Source: Bacteroidales bacterium (GTDB lineage Bacteria; Bacteroidota; Bacteroidia; Bacteroidales; F082). Taken from it: a stretch of DNA of 64,000 nucleotides. The DNA is taken from the NCBI GenBank assembly GCA_017477425.1, contig JAFUVT010000006.1, positions 2,161 through 66,160 on the forward strand, read 5' to 3'. The position numbers were made by a program, and so were the translations under genes. Numbering within the stretch: position 1 is the first letter of the stretch; every line of letters begins with the position of its first letter. Under the pieces are notes generated by a model. It was given only the letters and a program-made list of their open reading frames with translations, made no database searches and was not told the DNA's origin. This document shows, piece after piece, positions 58,535 through 64,000 of this stretch.

Positions 58535-59443
58535 TCAATTGGCTTTCACAACGACTTGGCTGGGCAACTGCCCAAAATGTTTCTTGAACGCCCTTGAGAA
58601 ATGTTGCGGATACTCGAAACCCAGCATTTCGGAAGTCTCGCCTACGGTCTTGCCCGTGCTGAGCAAGGAATAAGCCCGTTGCATCGTGTAGTTTTGGATG
58701 ATATGAAAGGCCGTATCACCCGTTTGCTGGCGAATGAGGTCGCCGAAATAATTGGCTGAGAGGCAAAGTTGCTCAGCAAAATACTTCACCGAAGGAAGCC
58801 CGAATTGTCGAGCCATATTTTGCTGGAAATACATGGCCAACAGGTTTTCGAACTGACGCAGCAAGTTGGTGGATTCTTGGGTAACCGTGGCCAATTGCTG
58901 CGCATAATAGCGGTTCACATATTCCAACAACAGCCCGATGTAAGACATGACGATGGGGTTGACATGCTCCTTATCTTCATCGGCCAGCAGTTCCCTGCGG
59001 ATTTGCTCCAAAAGCGAAACGATGGTCTGCCGCTGCTCGTCGGACAAGGCCAATGCTTCGCTCGTGTCGTAGGAAAAATAAGTGTAATTGGGCATCCGTC
59101 GTCCCAACTCCGTGCCATGCAAAATCTTTGGGTCGAACAAGAAACCCCAGCCTTTTTGTTGCACAGCATCGTCGGGACTGGCTATGCCGCACACTTGCCC
59201 TGGTGCGCCACATATCAGCGTATGAGCATGAAAATCACCTTTTTGCGTTCCATAAACAAAACCATTCACCTCGTTGTCGCTCAAAAACATCCCATAAACT
59301 TCCACATAATTCACGGCATTGCGGCATTGCTCCAATTCATCGAAATGAATCACGCTGACCAAGGAATGCAGCTCTGGGGCACCCAAAAAGCGTGCTTGGT
59401 CGTTCACATTGCTGATTTTCAAAAAGTTCTTGTCTTTTGGCAT
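58535..59443 (-). CDS. AraC-family transcriptional regulator
   Basis: C-terminal dual HTH (LSANYFGDLIRQQTG...GFEYPQHFSRAFKKHFG). 302 aa. Confidence 0.8.
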   Translation of the reverse strand: MPKDKNFLKISNVNDQARFLGAPELHSLVSVIHFDELEQCRNAVNYVEVYGMFLSDNEVNGFVYGTQKGDFHAHTLICGAPGQVCGIASPDDAVQQKGWGFLFDPKILHGTELGRRMPNYTYFSYDTSEALALSDEQRQTIVSLLEQIRRELLADEDKEHVNPIVMSYIGLLLEYVNRYYAQQLATVTQESTNLLRQFENLLAMYFQQNMARQFGLPSVKYFAEQLCLSANYFGDLIRQQTGDTAFHIIQNYTMQRAYSLLSTGKTVGETSEMLGFEYPQHFSRAFKKHFGQLPSQVVVKAN

Positions 59444-59936
59444 AATGGTTTCCTTCTCGGTTTAGCGACTGCAAAAATACGAAAAAACCGTTTTTGTCAG
59501 TAAAAATGGTAGATTTTTATTGAAATTGGTAGATGGATTCTTTTTTTGACCTATCCTTCACTATGGCAAAACGCCATGCGAATGAATGAATTTCGGTTGC
59601 CGTCAAACCTAGACCTGAGGCCAAAAATCGTAAAGCAGGTACATTTTCCGTAAAAATGGTTGATTTTCAGCTGATTCAAGCAAAAAAGTTCCGCGAAAAT
59701 GGTTGATTTTGCCCTGAAAATGGTCGGTTTCGGGTCAGAAATCCGTTATACTTTTGCAGCGTTTTCGAAAACAAAAAATCAACCTAATGCTTAACAATTA
59801 AAAAGAAAATGAAATGTTTAAGAAACAACGATTAAAATCAAAACTTCTCACCAACTATCCAAATAAAGCCACACAAATCAACCAATTGTTTACTAGCTAT
59901 GGCTACTAACAAACAAAAAAAAAGGAGAATAGAAAT

Positions 59937-60437
59937 ATGAAGCACAGAATTCATTTCACATCAAAAAGAATAGCAGTATTAGCTGTCTTGTTTGTCACTT
60001 TAACCATCGCTTCATGCAAACCTCGCGTTCCTGTGGAGTTTAAAGCGGTCTACAATCCAACTATCGCAATAGATACCATTACTTTTGAAGGATGGAGCTT
60101 GGGAAACCTCGTCAAGAAGAATACAGCCGTGTTCTACCCAACCCCTTCCAGCATACAGAATGGACAATACGAAGAACTGCCCATCTTCATATATGAAGGC
60201 ATAAGAAATGTCTCTACACAAGACGCTTTCAGATTCCTTTCCTCTGACTATGACAGCGTCAGATTCATCCGTAGTTCTGATGGTGCCTCTACCATCACCT
60301 ACTGCCATGACGAGAACGCCACGGAAAATCAGCGTTTATTCTTTAAGCGTGAAGCTTGGACTTGCAATCCTGACGATGAAGGATATGTTGGAACACGAAC
60401 CTACACCTTCAAACTTACTGATGATATGTTCAAGTAA
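59937..60437 (+). CDS. Hypothetical lipoprotein (166 aa)
   Basis: Lipobox LTIASC. Downstream of a TACTTTTG box at 59749..59756. Confidence 0.5.
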   Translation: MKHRIHFTSKRIAVLAVLFVTLTIASCKPRVPVEFKAVYNPTIAIDTITFEGWSLGNLVKKNTAVFYPTPSSIQNGQYEELPIFIYEGIRNVSTQDAFRFLSSDYDSVRFIRSSDGASTITYCHDENATENQRLFFKREAWTCNPDDEGYVGTRTYTFKLTDDMFK

Positions 60438-60456
60438 TGTCGCTTTTGAATCAAAA

Positions 60457-60493
60457 AAACGCCTCAATCCTTCATTCGGATTGGGGCGTTTTC
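60457..60493 (+). terminator. Intrinsic terminator (duplicated sequence, copy 1)
   Basis: AAACGCCTCAATCC-TTCATTC-GGATTGGGGCGTTT. Confidence 0.65.
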
Positions 60494-60551
60494 GAAAACA
60501 AATATTGTTTTTACGGTTTTAATGATACTATTTGTTTAAACTTTATAAAAC

Positions 60552-60845
60552 ATGAAAAAACCACAAAATAAAAACTACCTTATCCTACTTGCTATCTGTG
60601 TAGTCATTATGGCTATCGTTGTAGCGCTTTCCAAAAACAAAGAGACAGCAATAGCTGTATTACTTACAGGAATTGGAGCTGTTGTAGGCCTTACCATTGG
60701 CATTTTGGCCAGAAAAAAAACGGCCGTTGGCAAGGCTGTAGACGAAATGGAACCCAAAGCATATCGCCAACTAACTGTTTTCTTAATGCTTGGTGCTGCA
60801 CTGACAATGGTAGCCATTGTTTTGTTAGTTCTCTATTTGAAATGA
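60552..60845 (+). CDS. Small membrane protein (97 aa, 3 TM)
   Basis: Three hydrophobic helices. No homology recognised. Confidence 0.45.
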   Translation: MKKPQNKNYLILLAICVVIMAIVVALSKNKETAIAVLLTGIGAVVGLTIGILARKKTAVGKAVDEMEPKAYRQLTVFLMLGAALTMVAIVLLVLYLK

Positions 60846-60852
60846 ACATAAT

Positions 60853-60889
60853 AACGCCTCAATCCTTCATTCTGATTGGGGCGTTTTTT
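60853..60889 (+). terminator. Intrinsic terminator (duplicated sequence, copy 2)
   Basis: AACGCCTCAATCC-TTCATTCT-GATTGGGGCGTTTTTT. Nearly identical to 60457..60493. Confidence 0.65.
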
Positions 60890-60999
60890 CATATGCAGAT
60901 TGCCAAGGAAGCATAAATTTTTTGCCGCCAATCTGTAAGATTTTCAAGACACAGACGATATAAGATAAAGATAATGTTTAACCCTTAAAACTTATCATT

Positions 61000-61740
61000 A
61001 TGTGCGCAAAAATCGTAAAAACCTGTGCCATTGCGGCTGCGTTTCTTTTCGTTTTGGCCATCCAATCCTGCATCAGGTTCCAAGTGGCCATTCCCAACCG
61101 TTGGAACGAGCGTTATGCACAGAAGCAAGACTTCATCGAATGCCTCAATGCTCAACAATTGAAAGAAATGATTGTCTCCGACACGGCACATTACAAAGTC
61201 GTGATGATTTACAGCACGGGTTGCGGGGCTTGCTCACAACATCTGCAAAGAACCTATGCGCCTGCCTATGCCCAGCATCGAGAGGATGTGAAGTTTTACT
61301 TCGTTAGCGAAAGCACGGGAGGCATCAAGTATTGTCGCGAGGAGTTGGAACGCTATGGCCTTTATGATGGCAAGGTGCTATGTTTCCTCGACGACGACCC
61401 CGATTTCGACCAACAAAACCAAGGAAAGGACTATAATTTGGAAAGCCTCAACAACATAACGAATCATATCTTCAGCAATGGGCCAAAAGTGACAGGAAAC
61501 ATTGGGCTCCCGTGTGAGTTCATCGTCAGCAAGGACAACCGTGTCTTGAAACAGCTTACCACCACGCCTACTTCAGGTTCGGCCATCACGACAACCCAAC
61601 TGTGGCAAATCGATTTCGCCCATATCCAAGAAATTGATTTCGACTCCATTTATCGCCAAGACTTGGACTTCGACTTTTTTGAAGGAATTCCCATCTGTAA
61701 TGATGACCGATGCGTAATTCCTGAAAAAGAAAGGAAATAG
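61000..61740 (+). CDS. Thioredoxin-fold-like lipoprotein
   Basis: Lipobox AIQSC. CxxC motif YSTGCGACSQH. Confidence 0.4.
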   Translation: MCAKIVKTCAIAAAFLFVLAIQSCIRFQVAIPNRWNERYAQKQDFIECLNAQQLKEMIVSDTAHYKVVMIYSTGCGACSQHLQRTYAPAYAQHREDVKFYFVSESTGGIKYCREELERYGLYDGKVLCFLDDDPDFDQQNQGKDYNLESLNNITNHIFSNGPKVTGNIGLPCEFIVSKDNRVLKQLTTTPTSGSAITTTQLWQIDFAHIQEIDFDSIYRQDLDFDFFEGIPICNDDRCVIPEKERK

Positions 61741-61818
61741 TCTGATTTCCAAGTGCAATTTCCGTATGTTTGCCTTTTTATAGATTCACCAAAACCATCT
61801 TCCTTACAGCAGATGGAG

Positions 61819-63126
61819 TTATGATCTCGCTTTCAGCGCTTCTTTGAACGCAAACAGGGGAAGGTTCTCCACCCACCCTTGGTCGATGTGGTTCTGCATG
61901 GAGAGGCGCAGCGCCTTTAATTCGGGGTGGTCTTGGATGAAGGTCTTCAACGACTTGGACTGCAAACTGACTTCAGATTTCACCTCAACGGGATAGACGT
62001 TTTCCCCGATTTGCACGGCAAAATCAATCTCGATAGTGGAATTGTCGACGCTATGGTAATAAACAGGAATGCCCGTTGTGACCAACTGGGTATAGGCAAA
62101 CAGTTCGGTGAACGCGCCTTTGTATTCCTTGAAAATGTCGTTGCCAATAAGGACGAGCGAAGAAGGTGCCTTCACCATGGCACCCATCAGACCCACATCG
62201 AGGAGAAACAGCTTGAAGGCCGAAAAATCCTCGTAGAATTTGAGCGGCATTTTGATGTCGCTCACCCGATTCACTTTGTGGACCAGTCCGGCATCAATGA
62301 GCCACTGGATGGCCATCTCGAATTGGGAGGCGCGCGCACCTTTTTTCAGTGCGCCGTAAATGAATTTCTTGTTGTCTTTGGCTAATTGCGCAGGGATGCT
62401 GTCCCACACCATACCAATGCGCGGCACTTCGCTGGAGGGTGCGTGTTTCGAGAAATCGAAGCGATAGGCCGCCAAAATCCGCTCCTGAATCTGCCGCACT
62501 TCCTGCAGGCCACGGCCTTCAGTGTAGGCTAGCACCGCCTCGGGCATACCGCCAACGTAATAATATTGCCGCAAAAGGTCAATATAGACCTCGTTCATGT
62601 TGTTGACAATTTCCCAATTTTGCTCCTGCAAGGCTTTCAGCAGGCTTTGTCGGCCCATGGCGGCAAGAAATTCCTCGTAAGTCATGGGAAACAACCGCAT
62701 CATGTCCACCTTGCCAACTGGAAACGAGGCGTTGCCGTGCAAGGAAATCCCCAACAGCGAACCCGCCACAACGATGTGATATTGAGGCATTTCCTCTTGG
62801 AAATACTTCAACGATTCCAATGCGGCAGGACATTCTTGTATTTCATCGAGAATGACAAGGGTGTCGCCAGCGGTGATGTCGGTTTCGGTATGTGCCGAGA
62901 GCAACCTGACAAGCCTTTCCGCGCCGCCGCCTTCGCTGAAGAACTGCCGCGCCTTTTCGTCGCGGTCGAAGCTGATGTGCACCGTTTTGGCATACTCCGA
63001 ACGGCCGAATTCCTTCAAAATGTAGGTCTTGCCCACCTGTCGTGCGCCTTGCAAGATGAGCGGTTTTCTGTTGGTGCTTTGTTTCCACCGTATTAAATCC
63101 TCAATTACAGCTCTATACATAATCAA
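61819..63126 (-). CDS. AAA ATPase with a DUF4143-like C-terminal domain
   Basis: Walker A GARQVGKTY, Walker B LVILDEIQ. 435 aa. A TAATTTTG box lies upstream (reverse complement of about 63157..63164). Confidence 0.75.
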   Translation of the reverse strand: MIMYRAVIEDLIRWKQSTNRKPLILQGARQVGKTYILKEFGRSEYAKTVHISFDRDEKARQFFSEGGGAERLVRLLSAHTETDITAGDTLVILDEIQECPAALESLKYFQEEMPQYHIVVAGSLLGISLHGNASFPVGKVDMMRLFPMTYEEFLAAMGRQSLLKALQEQNWEIVNNMNEVYIDLLRQYYYVGGMPEAVLAYTEGRGLQEVRQIQERILAAYRFDFSKHAPSSEVPRIGMVWDSIPAQLAKDNKKFIYGALKKGARASQFEMAIQWLIDAGLVHKVNRVSDIKMPLKFYEDFSAFKLFLLDVGLMGAMVKAPSSLVLIGNDIFKEYKGAFTELFAYTQLVTTGIPVYYHSVDNSTIEIDFAVQIGENVYPVEVKSEVSLQSKSLKTFIQDHPELKALRLSMQNHIDQGWVENLPLFAFKEALKARS

Positions 63127-63189
63127 ATGACATTTTTCTTGACGACTTTCCGCTGCAAAATTACACTTTTTATGACGACTTTTCGTCTA

Positions 63190-63309
63190 AAAATGACATT
63201 TTTTCTGACGAGTTTTGAGCCATTAGGGTATCTCTCCGAAAGGAAAAAACATAAAATCGTGAACGAGATGAACCAGGTCGCCAAGGAGGCGTGAGTTCAT
63301 TTGTCGCCA
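63190..63309 (+). repeat. Permuted copy of the Card1-AAA junction: block X (63190..63257) directly joined to a remnant of the Card1-like 3' end (63261..63309)
   Basis: X = AAATGACATTTTTTCTGACGAGTTTTGAGCC.TTAG..TATCT.CCGAAA.GAAAAAACATAAAATC, also at 57128..57195. The remnant GAGATGAACCAGGTCGCCAAGGAGGCGTGAGTTCATTTGTC matches 57077..57118. Confidence 0.8.
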
Positions 63310-63578
63310 TAATGGCCGTAGGCGGAAATCACTTCAACAATAACCCTATCATCTATGATTTTGTAAATCATACGATGTTTCTGTGAAATTCGCCTCGACC
63401 AAACCCCTCGTTTGTCGTATTTCAAATATTCTGGCTTGCCTGTTCCCGACCTTGGATGTACCTTCAATTCGTCGACCATCTTCATTAATTTGTCAAACGA
63501 CTTGGGCTCTTCTCTTTTCAATTTGAGCGCATCGCGCGAGGCATCATCCCAAAATGTAACCTTATAACTCATGCTCAA
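63297..63578 (-). CDS. yoeB: YoeB/Txe-family toxin
   Basis: YKVTFWDDASRDALKLKREEPKSFDKLMKMVDELKVHPRSGTGKPEYLKYDKRGVWSRRISQKHRMIYKIIDDRVIVEVISAYGHY. Confidence 0.8.
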   Translation of the reverse strand: MSMSYKVTFWDDASRDALKLKREEPKSFDKLMKMVDELKVHPRSGTGKPEYLKYDKRGVWSRRISQKHRMIYKIIDDRVIVEVISAYGHYGDK

Positions 63579-63903
63579 TTCTGGTTAAGAAATCATCCAA
63601 CGATTCGTCTGGAAGCATTTCATGAAACACGGCATCTTCCTTCTCTGATTTTTTTAGCCTTTCCTCTATCATGTCGATATTTCTTTGGTCGGCGAAGAAC
63701 GGGTCGCCACTGGGGCTGATTTCGTAAGGGTCGCGACGATATTCTGGCGGAATGTTGAGTATGGCATCATCCCTTTTCACGGGCTTGATGCTGACCTTAA
63801 ACGAGCCATGGTCGCGGGTCTTGACGATGAAATCATCACCGTTTGACTCCGTGAAATAACTCATCATGTTCGTTCTGAACTCTCTGCTACTGACTACTAC
63901 CAT
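63562..63903 (-). CDS. Antitoxin partner of YoeB (Phd/YefM-like N-terminus)
   Basis: MVVVSSREFRTNMMSYF. Overlaps the yoeB start by 17 nt. The start is set at 63903 because the longer ORF overlaps the TATTTTTG box at about 63927..63934. Confidence 0.6.
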   Translation of the reverse strand: MVVVSSREFRTNMMSYFTESNGDDFIVKTRDHGSFKVSIKPVKRDDAILNIPPEYRRDPYEISPSGDPFFADQRNIDMIEERLKKSEKEDAVFHEMLPDESLDDFLTRIEHEL

Positions 63904-64000
63904 AATGTTTTTCCTTTCTTGTTTTATGGCGCAAAAATACACAAACTTTTCGGTTTGTTACCAATTTGGTACCAAAATGTTACCAATTGCTTTCAAAAAC

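Overview
Chromosomal segment from a Bacteroidota (Bacteroidales-type) genome. The assignment rests on TAnnTTTG -7 promoter boxes ahead of most operons, a SusC/SusD pair, a BACON lipoprotein and three T9SS C-terminal sorting domains. All composition statements here are visual, not computed.

(1) Bases 1-26.8 kb form one long minus-strand polysaccharide/nucleotide-sugar locus. From right to left it carries an orphan N6-adenine DNA methyltransferase, galE, rfbA, rfbB, DUF4954, nagB, wbpB-like, ugd, an LmbE-like gene, a four-helix-bundle gene and pnuC, and ends with GT2, Wzx and Wzy at the far left. Visibly AT-rich accessory cassettes sit between the GC3-rich sugar genes from 4.4 to 12.9 kb:
- a SEFIR/TIR protein plus a deaminase-AlbA_2-HATPase_c_4-wHTH fusion, bracketed by 197-bp direct repeats;
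- two diverged copies of a STAS-like/GHKL ATPase plus 96-aa STAS-like cassette, one of them with a translationally coupled single-TM protein.
This interval is bracketed by two paralogous 251-aa short nucleotide-sugar-dehydrogenase-like genes. It is full of intergenic repeat families: a 64-bp hairpin element (5 copies), a promoter-leader module (3), a GAATCAGGGGACGGTTCCTTGATCC motif (7) and an octamer microsatellite (3).

(2) Bases 26.9-51.5 kb are mostly housekeeping genes: tsaB, gltX, tRNA-Cys, rnr, nrdDG, proS, pgk. They also hold an AbiEi/AbiEii insertion and a SusC/SusD/PNGase-F-like utilisation locus.

(3) Bases 51.5-64 kb form a second AT-rich accessory region. It contains lipoproteins, HicAB, an orphan CARF/Card1-like nuclease, two AAA_14/DUF4143 ATPases tied to duplicated and permuted junction sequences, an AraC regulator and YoeB plus its antitoxin.

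I found no CRISPR array, rRNA, integrase or transposase. The best candidates for an undescribed system are the GHKL-STAS cassettes and the TIR-deaminase pair.
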